The translations under genes were made by a program, and so were the position numbers. A stretch of 64,000 nucleotides of DNA from positions 62,493,717-62,557,716 of the forward strand of contig NC_092380.1 of the NCBI RefSeq assembly GCF_030028105.1. The letters run 5' to 3'. The notes below the pieces were generated by a model, which was not told where the DNA came from, searched no databases, and saw nothing but the letters and a program-made list of their open reading frames with translations. The stretch is from Mobula birostris. Taxonomy: Eukaryota. This document shows, piece by piece, positions 25,996 through 39,666 of the stretch; within the stretch, counting starts at the first letter, position 1, and every line of letters starts with the position of its first letter.

Positions 25996-26372
25996 ATAGT
26001 CACTTTAAACCATCCAAGTTCATTTTCTTATTCACTATTAACTCTACAGTTTAAGTTGGTTTAATGAGTAATCCTCTGGTCATCAACACTATCTTAAATA
26101 CTTTTGTCAGCACTAAAAGGATTTTACTTCTGAAAAGAGGACCAAACCCTTTTTGCATAATAAATTATTTGTAGAAATTTATGAATGTGCAGGAGTGACT
26201 AAACCTTTAAAGATGACCTTGTGTCTAACATGGCTTGATTCTCCCCCCCCCGCCCCATAATAATAATATACAGTTGATGACTTTTCTCTAAATGTTTTAG
26301 GCATTTCAAAGAAAGCTGGCAAAATTAGGAAGTTTCATGACATTGACACTTTAGCTTAAAATTGATAGTATC

Positions 26373-26378
26373 TTTATT
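26373..26378 (-). terminator. TSG101: TSG101 polyadenylation signal (AATAAA on minus strand)
   Basis: TTTATT on the plus strand, about 175 nt past the TSG101 stop. Confidence 0.6.
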
Positions 26379-26553
26379 CTAATGTCTACTTCTGCAGGTT
26401 ACAGGTAAATACAAAGTGCTGTCACAAAGATGTTTCAAAGAAAACAATCAGAGTCAACATAATTTACAGCTAGAACATCCAATAACTTATCTTTTGAAGT
26501 TGGTTAATTGCAGGCAAAAAAAAGAGACCGTTCTCTGCAAATCGGACAATTAT

Positions 26554-26643
26554 TCAGTACAAGTCACTAAGGCCTGCTGTTTTTCTTGCTTTCTGCATCA
26601 ATGCTCGAAGCTGGAACTGTTTGCGAGATAGGAGGCGTACATG
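26554..26643 (-). CDS. TSG101: TSG101 exon 10 (HVRLLSRKQFQLRALMQKARKTAGLSDLY*)
   Basis: 90 nt, canonical TSG101 C-terminus. Confidence 0.97.
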   Translation of the reverse strand, partial: HVRLLSRKQFQLRALMQKARKTAGLSDLY

Positions 26644-28210
26644 CTGTAGGAAGAAGAGAGTAACATTAATGTCAAAATTCATTACTCCTGAAAGACATCT
26701 GGCTAAAAGCTGTTCTGTAATCAAATTATTAAGATCCAACATAAGTGTCAGATCAGTTGTCTATAATTTTTTTTCCTCTGGTCACCATGGAGAAATAAGG
26801 CATGAGCAATGGATCATAGCTTTAAAGTTGGATACAGAATATTTCTGGATCATTAATGGGTTTAAATACAAAAACACATTGTCAGCAACACCAAAGTGGA
26901 AGCAGCAGTACAGGAAATTGTTAAATTCAAAGCAAACTGTGCCGTTTAAAAGAATAGGAAAGTCAGTTATTGAAGATACAAGTCCAGGCGGTCTTCAGAA
27001 ACAAAGGGAGCTCGATGCATGAAAGCCTTCACTGAAAATCATTAAAGGTCAAAGGAAAAACTAGGCAATATTCATTAAATCTCAGAACATTCAGTACAGT
27101 GCAAAATTCTAGTAACATGATAGAGAGTTGGAGATTCTTAAGGATAAAATCATAACATGGAAATAGGCCCTTTGGCTCAACTGCTCCAGAGTGACCAAGG
27201 TGCCTATTTGGTCAGTACCACTCTAAATCTTTTCTATTCATGTACCTGCCTCCGCCTACTGTCAGAAAAAGTGGGGTTTAAAGATTTACTAATAATATCT
27301 TTAAACTGGTAAGTCTTGCAGTGAGTATACATGGAGAATGGGAGGAAGACCAAGACTAAGGATCATGAGGAAATTCACCCAAAAAATAGGAAGACTAGGG
27401 AACTAGCTCCAGGAATGAAAAACAAATACTATATATTCTCTTATTAGTGCATTGCTCATTGCCTCAAAGTGCCTGATGCCTCTTGATGGTAGACTGATTT
27501 AAGCTATGACCTGTCAGTTAATGATAATTTACATTCACAGATAATAAAGAACTGATGGCTAACCCTCCTGTTAAAAATATTGTAGCTAACTATAGAAAGC
27601 CCAAACTTAAAATAATCAATTCCATTTGGTATTAAACTCAGAGCTACTCACAAAAACTCACATTAAACTGAATCTCTAGGCTATGCTCAGTCACAGCAGG
27701 TATTTACTACACTGGACTCTTAACCTAGTAAAACTGCAAAGGGCTTTGCAGAAATCTGAACTACATCTGACAGTAAACTCTGGAAGGTAACAATGGAACA
27801 GCTCAATAAAAGTTTTTGGCATCATCTTCAACACAAAACTAATGAACAGGGTGCTGGGGATGAAATTTCAGATCTTGTTAAGCAGAACTTGCTGCTCTGG
27901 ATTAGGTTCATACAGCAAAGAGATTTTAATAAAGTTGAAAATTTTAGAAATAAGGATTTCATGGACAAGAAGGTGAGATGGGTAAGTAACCAGTTAGAGA
28001 TACAATCCTCACAACTGGGCTCACACCATATTGATTAGAGATCTGGGAAATACTCAACTGCCCACATTACTGTTAAGGGTTGCTAACAGATGCTGGGGCT
28101 GTTCTCAGGAAAGTAATGTGGACAATTAGGAAGTCATTACCAGAGCCAATAAGCAGGGAATGGAATACTACCCAAGGTGCATCTATTAACACATCAATTC
28201 AAGCAATCAC

Positions 28211-28450
28211 CTTTAAGAAGACTTCCAAATCAATGACATCTCGTCTCAGAGCTTCACCCAGGTAGAAAATGGTGTCCTCAATGGCATTCTCCTCTGCATA
28301 AAGATTTAGGATTTGTTTGTACAGTGGTGCTGTTGGCACAACAACTTCATCAATGTCATTATTTTCACACTGGTTCTCCATTTTCTCCAGTGCAACACTC
28401 AGCTCTTCATCTTTCTTCTTCAGAGCTTCAATATTCTTGTCTACATCAGA
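28211..28450 (-). CDS. TSG101: TSG101 exon 9 (SDVDKNIEALKKKDEEL...VVPTAPLYKQILNLYAEENAIEDTIFYLGEALRR..FLK)
   Basis: 240 nt. PTAP motif and SB domain. Confidence 0.97.
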
Positions 28451-29641
28451 CTGGGAAAAGTGACAGGTTTTGAGTCATTAAAACTTCATACAGCTGGAGG
28501 AACAGTTTTTATTAAAGAAATCTACAGGGTGGATACGCTATTTTGAAGGAATACAATTTACAAAGTACAGAGGCAGACTCCTGAGGCAATACTCAAAAAA
28601 AAAAAAAATTCAAGCATGATTGTGCTACGTTATGCCTATATTAGTCCTCTATTCAGAAATTATTTCTGAGGATGTTTAAAATAAAGTACTCCAATACAGT
28701 GATACATGAGGGTGAAGGATAAGTAGAAAGATTAGGAGAGGACGCAAGACTGATAGGCCAGGTTGCCTTGACGCACCTGTGCCTGGCGGTTTTCCCATGC
28801 TAACTCTGCAATTCAATATGCACACGATGGCATATACAGCAGCTTGAAGGCTCACATAGTTTCTGAAAAAACTCCAATCTGAAAATTTGAAACTAATTAT
28901 AAACATAACTATCCCTGAACTAAAGATGGAATCTTACCTTTAAATGTAGGTCAGCAAATGCACCATTCAAATGAGGCTGGAGTGAAGCAGAGGTGTTTGA
29001 TGCACAGCTCAACCAGCCTCTGCTCAGCAATTTAGGAAATGCCCCCAGACTCCATTACAATTTCACAAGGCTCAGAGACGTGTCAGATCCACATGTGTCT
29101 GCCTGTTATTGAAGGTGGTGTAGGCATTACAGCTACCCAGCATTTCACCACAGAAACCTCTGGAAAGCATTTAGGCTTTTTCAAGTCAGAGTGAACATCC
29201 CCACAATTAACTTACAAATTTCTATTAAAACAAATGAGTCATTCCATAATGATGAATAAATTTACAATAAAACAGGAGGTCAGAGGTCATTCACAAAACA
29301 AAGATGAAACCAAGTAAGCTTGGTTAAAATCTGGAATTCGGTCAGTTTGGTGGAGCTGTCATCAGCAGATCCATACTGAGAATCAACTTTACCAAACTCT
29401 GTCATTTCCAGAAACACACTGCCTACCCACAATTCCAACTACTTCTACTACTTCACTAGGATTACTGAGGAAGTGGTATTGATCTTTAGAACATGTATGG
29501 TTAAAAGCTGATACAAAACAGGTTTAAATAAAAAGGATTAGGTTAATATTTATCTTGCTGGCAAATTTAAGGTGATACAAAATAATGAGCTCCATTATCA
29601 TTCTGTTATAAGAGCAATCCTTTCAGGCAACTCAGTCTTAC

Positions 29642-29844
29642 CATTTCTTGATCCAGCTGACTGACCATCATTTCTAGTTTCTGGTGCCCTTTCTTCAGGT
29701 CCTCCTCTGTTCGTTTGAGGGCATCAAGTTCAGCTTGGGCACGGTCCATTTCTTCTTTCATCCGCCAGCGCAGTTTATCGCTAACCGCAGAGATCAACGA
29801 AGCGCGGATTGTGTCCTCACCAATGGTGTTGTCTCTGCCAGGAC
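29642..29844 (-). CDS. TSG101: TSG101 exon 8 (PGRDNTIGEDTIRASLISAVSDKLRWRMKEEMDRAQAEL...)
   Basis: 203 nt. Coiled coil. Confidence 0.96.
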
Positions 29845-30339
29845 CTGCAAGACAAACAGTATGAGATAATGAGATAGCTTGAGAACGGCATCATTTCCAA
29901 CTCTGAATTTATTACTACCAGTTAGCAGTCTTCATTACACATATGTACTTAACGGCAAAAAATATTGCATACCATTAACAAAATACAATGTGTGCAGGGT
30001 AACAAAAGCAGCACAGCAACATCGGAAGAATACCTGAATCAGCTGTTGAAAAACAACAAACAACAGCAGGCTTTCAGTCTTCACCTACGATGCTGTGTTT
30101 TGATTAAAAGGTTACACTACACTGTATTTGTATTTTACTTTCCATTTAAGGTTTTATATAAGGTATAAAAACAATCAGCATTGTAGACCTGTTCTGGTGT
30201 TAGATTTTCATCAGCAAAAATCTTCGCAAACTTATCAATAGTTCGTAATCAGCAGACTCTAAAAATTTAATACTGTGCCTTTTCTTAAATTTATCTAACC
30301 AGCCTGTTGAATATTCATAGTAACCTTCAATTTTCAGTT

Positions 30340-30632
30340 CGTCGTGATAGAGCTTTGCTTGTTTCATGATCAGCGTACGTTCATTCCAACGCAGACATCC
30401 ACACGCTTTACACGATCAAGATCTTCATTTTTCACTTTATGCAGTTTTTCTATTTTTCATTTACTTCTGTTCTTTACATATGTGAGGTTACTTCTCAGAA
30501 CTGTGGTGTGCAAAGACCTGTGCATCGTCTGGGAACCTTTCCTGTGCCTTGTGGAATTTTCCATTTGTAACTTCATGTAAGGACTCAAAACTTTTGGATT
30601 TCGGAGGTTTTCGGATAAGGGATACCCAACCT
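30340..30632 (+). mobile_element. Tigger/pogo (MER46/Tigger4-like) DNA transposon right-end fragment
   Basis: Ends in TTTTCGGATAAGGGATACCCAACCT, matching the Tigger4/MER46 TIR as recalled. Preceded by GTGGAATTTTCCA..CAAAA..TTTTGGATTTCGGA. Left boundary uncertain. Confidence 0.55.
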
Positions 30633-31948
30633 CTCCCTCTCTTAGAATAAAATTTACAAACTGTCCAGAATAAAATATGTACATTGTCCCTGAGACTTGG
30701 AGCAGCTTTGATTCAACCACTTTGATCCTTCTCCTTTGATCCTTTTTTGATCTTTTCAAGATTCAGGGAAGATGCATAGACTAAGCCAATCTTTTTTCCT
30801 GTTGCAGTTACATCCCCCAAAACACTTCAAAGGTCTCAGTGGAAATTTGTAATCTTTATCTTTACTCTTTTACAAACGGCAATGAAGTTATCCTGAATAC
30901 ATGAAGTTTGTTGGAAGTGGCAGATGTGAGAAATGGAAAAATACAAGTCGTGACACAGCCATTAACAGAAGTGTTTTAGTTATAAGATGGTGAATTAAAC
31001 TAAAGTGGTTAAAATACTCTACCATAAGGCCAATGGGAGAAAGCAGAACATTATCAATAAAATTAAAAGCATTGAAAAAATGTATTCTAAATGGTATTGG
31101 TTAAATTTCAGATTTTGTAAAAAAAATATCAGTGGACTCAAAGAATGATTGTTTCCCAAACTGAAATAATGAGAGAAATTGAATTGCCTCAGCTCCACAG
31201 TTTTATATTTTAATAATTTCTAAGAAATACTTTAAAATGATTTAAAATGCCAATCAGAAGTTCAGGGGAATTTAATTTGGGATTCTAATATAGCATTTTG
31301 TATCATACAAGAATGAGAGGTAAATTTTCCACTGCTGGGCAGTTGCTAGTAGCTGTCTGCAAACTTTAAAGAGTCAGCAAAATGTAGAAGATTCCTTTCT
31401 GTTGAACTTAATAGGTCTCTAATGCATGGTCTATTAGAAACTAGAGGTCAGCTAGGATTCCTGATCCTGATATAGCCCAGTGACATTAAGAAGCTGAGTT
31501 GAATGATCTTAGTTAAGCACCAATCAGAATATTAAATAGGACTCTATGCTCCTGGACTAAGAGAGGGTGGTGTGAGAGATGGGTTGGGGGGGGGGGGAGT
31601 GCAGGGGAGGAGGGAGCACTAAGGCTTCTTACTTTTGATTACTGTAATGATTTTTGCAAGCAGTGTGAATTTAGTGGTGGACAGGAACAGGTTTCATCAA
31701 ATAGTGAGTCAACACTTATTCATAAGCTCACATATGAGTATTGCACATTTGCCAAGATACTGGAGTGATGCTAAATCGATGGAACAGAAGCCTGTGCCGT
31801 CTGAACTTCTCTGCCATGCCCAGCAGACAAGAATAGAGCAAGTGCACTGTCCTGAAGTCACCTGATATAAAATATTACATTCCAGCTTTTACAGGACAAT
31901 ATTTCCAAATTCCCACAAGCAAAAAGAAAATTAAGTGTATGTTCTCAC

Positions 31949-32052
31949 CAACACCTGCAGCAGAAGATTGGCTGGAATATGGATGCTGTTGCGTAGTCCC
32001 TGTGGTCGTAGGATATGAACCTTGAGGAGGATAGGGAAATCCTGGAAATCCA
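31949..32052 (-). CDS. TSG101: TSG101 exon 7 (GFPGFPYPPQGSYPTTTGTTQQHPYSSQSSAAGV)
   Basis: 104 nt, phases 2/1 fit both neighbours. Pro-rich region. Confidence 0.88.
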
Positions 32053-33399
32053 CTGGAAGCATGAAAGAAAGAAAACCAAGCATCAATGCACAATGACGTA
32101 CCGTACTTGTAAGAAAAGTCCAACACTGGCAGCAAACCGAGGCTGTTACCAGCTGCCAGAGGCACATCGATACAAGGAAACAGCAAGGCATCTGGTCACA
32201 TGGGCTTCTGCATCACGATTTTTTATCCATAATAAAAATTACAAACATTGAGTAATTGGAAAAGACCTTTTAGAAAGAAATATGTTCAACAGTATGACTG
32301 ACAATTAGTTTCTTCAAACGTAATGTTTAGTTGTAGCTTGTAGAATCTCCCTTAGCAGATGCTAGATCAGATATAAAATACGAATTGCAAGTAGCATCTA
32401 TAGATTTACAACATTTTTTATTGTAAATAGGAAGCAGACTTTCCTGACAAGGCTAGTAGTTATTGTGACTCCTAATTATTCTAGTGAAAGTGGTGGTAGA
32501 CTTTATACTTGAAGTACTGCAGTCCTGCTAGAGGTGCTCTTACAGGTGGTTCAAAGTTCAAATTACTTCATTATCAAAGTATGTATACTATATACAACCT
32601 TGAGATATGTCTCCTTACAGACAGCCACAAAACAAAGAAAGCTAATAGAACCCATTAAAAAACAAGACCGTCAAACCCCCGATGTGCAGAAAACAATAAA
32701 TCATGCAAACAATAAAAGGAAAGCAAATAATATTCAGAACTGAAGTTCATGGAAGTGAGTTCATAGCCATGAAGCAGGTCATCACTGCAGCCGGTCTAGG
32801 AGCCTGTAGGCTGCAGGTCACAGCCTCAGTTCAGCGCAGAGCCGAGTAAACCTCGCAGGCAGCGAGCTAAACACTGGCCCGTTCCTCACCTCCAGCCCCA
32901 ACACCCTGACCTTTCCAAACTGGCCTGGCACATAAACAGTCCAAGCAGCGGGTCACTCCTCACTCTCGGACCCAAACCCTGTTGCCTTGATTTGGCCCAT
33001 ACCCAACCTTTCCAATCTGGCCCTGCACTTAAATCGGTCAAAAATCAGTCAACAGACAGCAACTTAGGCAATGCATCAGTGCAAACAGAGGTCACAAAGT
33101 GACGTTAGTCTTCTGTCTTTTTAACTTGTGGAGACAATACCGACATCTTGACTAAAACTTTTATTGTGTGTCATAGGTGGTCAGTAAATAGATTTATTTC
33201 ATGGTTAAGAATAAGAAACTATGCACTTATCATCTATGCATACCACACATTATTCCTCAGACTTCTTTAGACCAAAGCAGAAGTGAGCAGATGGGAGGCT
33301 GCAAGTTGATACAGAATTCAATGACAATAGGTTCAGTGCAGAAGACAGGCAGCAGCATAGTACGGAGTAAGTAAAGACTTTTGGATTAAATTGTATTTA

Positions 33400-34970
33400 T
33401 TTAAATATATAAGGACTGACAGGTAAGGTGGATGAATCAGAGGGTGGAAAGTTATGTGAGATTAACAGAAGAGGAGGACTGGCAGCTAAATGTTCCAGGT
33501 ATAAGCGGAGGAAAGAGACGAGGGGGGAGTTGCATTTATGATTAAGGAGAATCTCACAGGAATAGTCCGAGATGAAATTATTGAGGGGATTACTAGTGAG
33601 ACTTTATGGCTGGAGCTGAGAAATAAGAGGCTGATCAACATGCTGATAGTGTACTAACAGTCACTGGGAATTAGAGGAACAAATATCCAGGGAGATTTCA
33701 GAAAGTTGCAAGTATAGTAGGGGCTTGTAACTTTCCTAATATAGACTGGGACTGGCATAATGCTAAGGGCTTAGATGGGTGGAATTTATTAAGTGTGCTC
33801 AGGAAGCTTCCTCAGGCAATATACAGAAGGTCCTTTTGACAGTATTAAGCAGGAACTAGTAAAAGTTGGAGTAGGTTGTTTGCGAGCAAATAGATGTCTG
33901 GCAAATGTCAGGCTTTTAAGTGAAATGTGAGTTCCAGGTATGCATATCCCAGTTATAGTGAAGGACAAAGCTGGCAGGAGTAGGGAACCCTGGATGATGG
34001 ATATCGAAACTCTGGTCAGGAGAAAGGAAATACAAGTCAGATTCAGGCAACTGGGATCAAGTAAGTCTCTAGAGGAGTACTGAGGAAGCAGGAGTAATAC
34101 TTAAGAAATAAATCAGAAGAGCAAAAAGGGACACGAGATAGCTTTGAAAAAGAAATGAAGAAGAATTTGAAATTATTTATCGGCAGTGCAGATGGTATTC
34201 AAGAATTACAAACGGGATCTTGATCAAGTAAGTAAGAAGCCCAAATAAAATATAATTCAGCTAGGGATTAGGTTTGTATTTTGGGAAGACTTCAGTGAAT
34301 GGGTCTTGGCGAGTGTTGTGGAACAGAGGGACCTACAAGTATATGGTTCCCTGGAAGGGTCACAAGCAGACAGGGTGGTGAAGGCAGCTTTTGATTTGGA
34401 ATTTATCAGTCAGGGGTTGGGACGTTACACTGCAGCCATACAAGATGTTTGTAAGACTGCATCTGCAATATTGTGTTCAATTTCGGTCACACTATGAGAG
34501 TAAGGATGCTATTAAGCTGGAAATAGTGCAAAAAAATTACAAAGATGTTGCAAGGACTGAGTTAGAGAGGTTGAACAGGCTAGGACATTACTCATTGCAG
34601 GGTAGGAGAATAAGGGGTGAACACACAGGTGTATAACATAATGATCGTGTGAATGCACGCCGTCTCTTCTATTCCCCCAGCGTTTGGGGAATCAAGAACT
34701 AGACTATAGAAGTTTAAGGCAAGAAGGGAGAGATGTAAAAGGAACTTGAAAAGCAACCTTTTCATCCAAAGGATGAAATAAGGGAGTTGCCAGAGGAAGT
34801 GGATGAGACAGGTACACTAATAATATTTCAGAGATACTTGGACAGATACATGGATAGGAAAGGTTTAGGAAGACATGGGCCAGACACAAGTAATTGGGAC
34901 TAGCTAAGATGGGCATCTCAGTTGGCATAGACCATGGACATGTTTCCACAATGTATCGCTCTGACTCTAT
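33400..34970 (+). mobile_element. Decayed CR1 LINE ORF2 fragments
   Basis: APE-like GGGVAFMIKE / DFPNIDW and C-terminal YKMFVRLHLQYCVQF..DAIKLE, plus CR1 3' tail. Confidence 0.75.
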
Positions 34971-35726
34971 GAAAGCAATTTTCATACTTCAACTCAACAG
35001 TGCTGTGGGAGCACCACCCTTTCTCCCTGTGACACTACTTCCAGGGGGCAATGTACTTGTACTTTAGCAGTTCAAAGAGGTAACTTACCTTCTTGAGGGA
35101 TAACAGGGACAGTGACGAATACCACCCTTGAATTGATGCCCGCACAACAAGATGTATTTTTAAGGGAAAGGCAATGTGGCCATAAAAATTATACAGAGCC
35201 AATGAAGAGGAATTGCTTAGATTAAAGAATCAGAATTACTACAGCAGAGAGTGTCTGAGTGTTCCTATTCTGAAAGCTGATTGTTGTGATTTGCCCTCAC
35301 TTTCACTGCAAACAACGCCACAAAGATTGCAGAATATCAGGCACATGCAATCTTAGCAGTAAGTATGCACCTCCTTTGGGGTTTCTGTCGATCTGTGCTC
35401 GGCTTTGTATGTTTTCTCTCTGCTTGGTTCTGGAATGCTAACTTCAGGCTCAGATTAACATATAGCAAGACAATTATTTCCAGCAATTCATTAACTAATG
35501 CGAGCCCAGCCTCAGCTAGAGGATCATCACACTGTTTCGGTCCTGTTCAAGTACCACGGAACTTTTACATCCATCTACATGGATAGAAGGAACTTTAATA
35601 CCTAACAGTAGCAAAGAATATCAACCAAGCTAACACGCCAAAATGAAGCAATTAAACGAACACATAAAGAATGTGCATGTTATTTATACCATTCAGTGTG
35701 AGTGTTCTGGTAAATACAAACCGTAC

Positions 35727-35790
35727 CCAGTGTTGCTATGGCCCGACGGGTATGGTGCTACTCCAGCTGTCATTCCAGGCATGTAGGAAG
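35727..35790 (-). CDS. TSG101: TSG101 exon 6 (SYMPGMTAGVAPYPSGHSNT)
   Basis: 64 nt, tttcag| ... GG|gtacgg. Phases 1/2 fit. SYMPGM is conserved. Confidence 0.88.
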
Positions 35791-37819
35791 CTGAAATGAG
35801 AAAGCAAAGCACACAAAGATTAATGGTGTGTTAAAATGGCTCAGTTAATCACGTGCATCCTTACAATATCATAAATACTGCTAAAGTTACTCAGAGAAAT
35901 TCTAGGGGTTATGTATTAGACAATTATGCAGTATTCATAGTTGAAAGTCCCTTTCTTTCCTTGTTGATATCATAGCTAATTTATCACATATAAATATTAC
36001 CAATCTAAGCAGAACTATTCGGCACAATTTATTTTAATACTGCTTGATAACCCTTCTGGAAATTTTGTCAGTTCCTGCTGGAGTCCATTCATAAACCTCT
36101 CAGCACAAGACCAATGCAATGGGCTGGATCGTCTGGCCAACACTGCACTAACTCTCTATACATATGGCAGCTTCTACTCAGAAAGTGGGGGTGTATCAGA
36201 GTCCCTCAATGAGCGATGAACCACTGACTTTCTGACCACTCACTTGCCAGCCAGCCAGCCGAGTTAGATCTCCTGACACTTCCACTGATGGAGTGGCTGC
36301 CTCCTTTTCCAGCACTTTATCATGCTTCTCTTGACCTGACTGCTGTAAGTTAGAAGGCCTCAGATAATCGATGCCTCGCAGAAGGAATGAGACAGTTACA
36401 TCGGATCACTATACTATATTCTGAAAGATGCTCATGGATTTGGAACTGCCCCTGCAGAATCAAAAAGACACTGCATCAATGTAGTGTTTAGGTAGGTCTA
36501 CTGACACAGGAAATCAGGGAGATGGCAATGGTGATGGGGGTTGGTGGACATTTAATTACAGAAAGGTGATCGGGGAATAACTGCAGTAAAATCTGATGAA
36601 AGCATCATACCTTGTGAATTAATGTTTCCATCTTAGACTGAGATTGATTGAGACTGCTTACTCATCTATTTAAAACTACAACACTCTCTATATATTCATC
36701 TAACTAATATAAAACAAGGTTTCTGGGTTGTATTACTGATCATTATAATAAGAAATGTGTAATGAAAACCACTGGCTGAGATAATATGTTCTATAATCTT
36801 TCCCTATCCATTTATTTATTCAGTCATTACAACTGATAATTTATCCATTATAATACGGCTTAGAATTTCAATTATGCAGTTAGACATAGTTGAACATAGA
36901 TACATTTGTTGCAATCCTCAAACTGCAAATTATTTTGCAAAATTTGCTGAGCATTACATGTTCTCTCCCTTACGATGAAGGTGAATATTGGTATCACTGT
37001 TGATGGATGGTCATACAATTTTGTTAAATGATCCTAAATCTGATGCTAAGAGCAACAAAATTTGCCTGAAATAATTGTTTAATTTGATTTTGTTTAATTT
37101 GTTTTTTTTTCTCTTTATCTTGAGGTACCAAGGAGTATATCTCTTATGTAGCTCAAAACAACACTGCTTCTCAGCTTTCCGATCTTAATTTTACCAAATA
37201 TTATGGAGTTTGACATTTCGGAATTACAGACTTAAACATGGACACAAATCTTTATGTGATCAGATTGAAAAACAGCAGTTAGTTTCATCTAATTTATTTA
37301 ATGTCATTGGAACAAAACACTAATACTATATCACCCAGTTAGTTTAGCAGTGTCGATGTGTCAATGCCAACCAATCTGCTTAATTCAGTTGGGAGTTCAG
37401 CACGATTAAACTATAGCAAGCGGCACAAACTGTGGGCACAGCTAGTCAGTTACTCCAAATCAAAACCTGTAGATACCGAAAATCTGAAAACACTCAGGTC
37501 AGTCAGCATCTGTGTGACAGAGAGTTTAACTTCAAGGACGCATTGTTAAAAGAGCCATGGCATTTCTATCTTCTCACCATGGCATTTCTAGCATTACTTC
37601 ATTACAGATATTTCCACTGACCTTTCTTTCCTTCCCCTGCAATCTCTACAATTTAATAACTTGTTTTTTCTTTAAATTTTGTCTAGTTCTGACAAAGAAT
37701 CTTTGACCTGAAAGTTTAACTCTACATTTCTTTCCCTTAGTCAATGAATAGTGGAGCAGATGTAAATCATGTGATTTGAAGGAATGAACAGTACTTGGAT
37801 AGTTAATGCCTAATCAAGA

Positions 37820-39180
37820 AGTAAATACTGTTTTGTGCATGGCAAGTCATGTCTGATGAAAGTTCTTAGAGGTTTTCAAAGAGGTAACTGAGAGGTAAGG
37901 CAGTGAATGTAGTCTACATGGACTTTAATAAGGCCTTTGCCAAGGTCTCACATGGCAAGCTGATTCAGAAGGTTAGGGCACATGAGATTCAGGGGAGCTA
38001 GCAAGGGGGGGGGGGCGGGATTCAGAATAGGCTTGATGATAGGAAGCAGAAGGTGATGGTTGAAGGTGATTCTCCAATTTGAGGCCTGTAACAAGCAGGG
38101 TGCCCCAGGACCTATGTTAATCATTATCTATGTAAATTACTTGCATATGAAAGTATTTGGCATAATTAGTAAGTTCTCTTACTAGTTACAATAAATTGCA
38201 GCAATCTTGATCAGTTAGGGAGATAGGCGAAGAATAGCAGATAGATTTCAACTTAGGATAATATAGAAGCACAATGCCCTTGAACGGAAAAGTCTACAAA
38301 ATGTATTGGATATGGCCCAGTCCTTCACGGTTAATGTCCTCTCCATCAATGAGCACATCTACACAAAGCGCTATCACAGGAAAGCAGCATCCATCATCAA
38401 GGACTCCCACACTGCACCACCCAGGTCATGCTCTCTTCTCGCTGCTACCATCAGGAAAAAAGTACAGGAGTCCTAGGACTCATACCACCACATTCAGGAA
38501 GTTATTATCCCTCAATCATCAGGCTCTTGAACCAGAGGTGATAACTTCACTTGCCCCATCATTGAAATGTTCCCACAAACTACAGACTCACTTTCAAGGA
38601 CTCTTCATCTCATTTTCTCAATGTCCATTGCTTATTTAAGTATTATTATTTCTTTTTTCTTTTGTATTTGCCCAGTTTGTTGTCTTCTGCACACTGGTTG
38701 TTTGTCTGTCCTGTTGGGTGTGGCATTTCATTACGTTAACTATTATGGTTCACACATTTACTGAGTATGCCCACAAGAAAACAAATCTCAGGGTTGCATA
38801 TGGTGACATATATGACCATAAATTTACTTTGAACTTTGAGTGAGGTGATTCATTTTGGACATTAAACCAGGGTAGGACCTATACAGTGAATTACAGGGCA
38901 CTGAGAGGGACCTGGAAGTACAAGTGCATAGTTCGTTGAAAGCAACCATGTAAGTAGACAGGGTGGTGCAGACGACTTTTAGCTTGCTGGCCTCATCAGT
39001 CACGGCCAAGTTAAGGAGTGGGGATGTTATGTCCACTTATATAAGCCATTGGTAATGCCACACTTGGAGTATCATATACAGTTTTGGTCACTGTGTTACA
39101 GAAAAGACATTGCCATGCTGGAGGGGGTGCAGAAGAGAGTTACAAGGAAGCTGCCTGGACAGGAAGACCTGGGTTATAGG
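37820..39180 (+). mobile_element. CR1 RT fragment interrupted by a Rex1-like 3' end (about 38270-38815)
   Basis: CR1 VYMDFNKAFAKV and VPQG upstream, PHLEYHIQFWS downstream. The insert carries HPGHALFSLLPSGKKYRS and the same 3' UTR as 3600-3860. Confidence 0.75.
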
Positions 39181-39539
39181 AAGGTTACAAAGTGCCAAAA
39201 TAATCTCATGTCTAGTCACATTAGGGCTTCATTTGCACATGCAGGTACTGAATGGTGAACCCTATATAGTTCCTTGATACAAAGCCTAAGCTTAAGGGGT
39301 CATCTGCAGCCCTTGATGACTGACCTTGTTAGAATATGGAGTATACATTTCTTGCATTATCTTTCATGGCCTCATTTTCTTACAATGTGGGACGAGTTTC
39401 AAAAACTACATAAATTTATGCTTTAGTGGTGAATGAACTTTAGTGAGGGTACTCTCAGTTAACTTCCAAATGTAAAAACAAAAGATACATATTCGCGGGT
39501 TTAAATGGATCAGATTTAACAATTGAAAAAGTTACTTAC

Positions 39540-39666
39540 TGTTTGGTGGCCCTGCGGCTTGGTACTGAGGGTAAGTTGGAGGTGCAGCTGGCCTCGAAAA
39601 GACTGGAGGCTCCTCCCCAAACATGACAATCATCACCTGGATCAGCCCATATAGATCAGAATGTGG
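39540..39666 (-). CDS. TSG101: TSG101 exon 5 (PHSDLYGLIQVMIVMFGEEPPVFSRP...GPPN)
   Basis: 127 nt, catccag| ... A|gtaagt. End of the UEV domain. Confidence 0.95.

Noticed and set aside
26621-27022. 133-aa plus-strand ORF
   Set aside because: Lies antisense in TSG101 intron 9, has no ATG start, and shows no recognisable homology or splice support.
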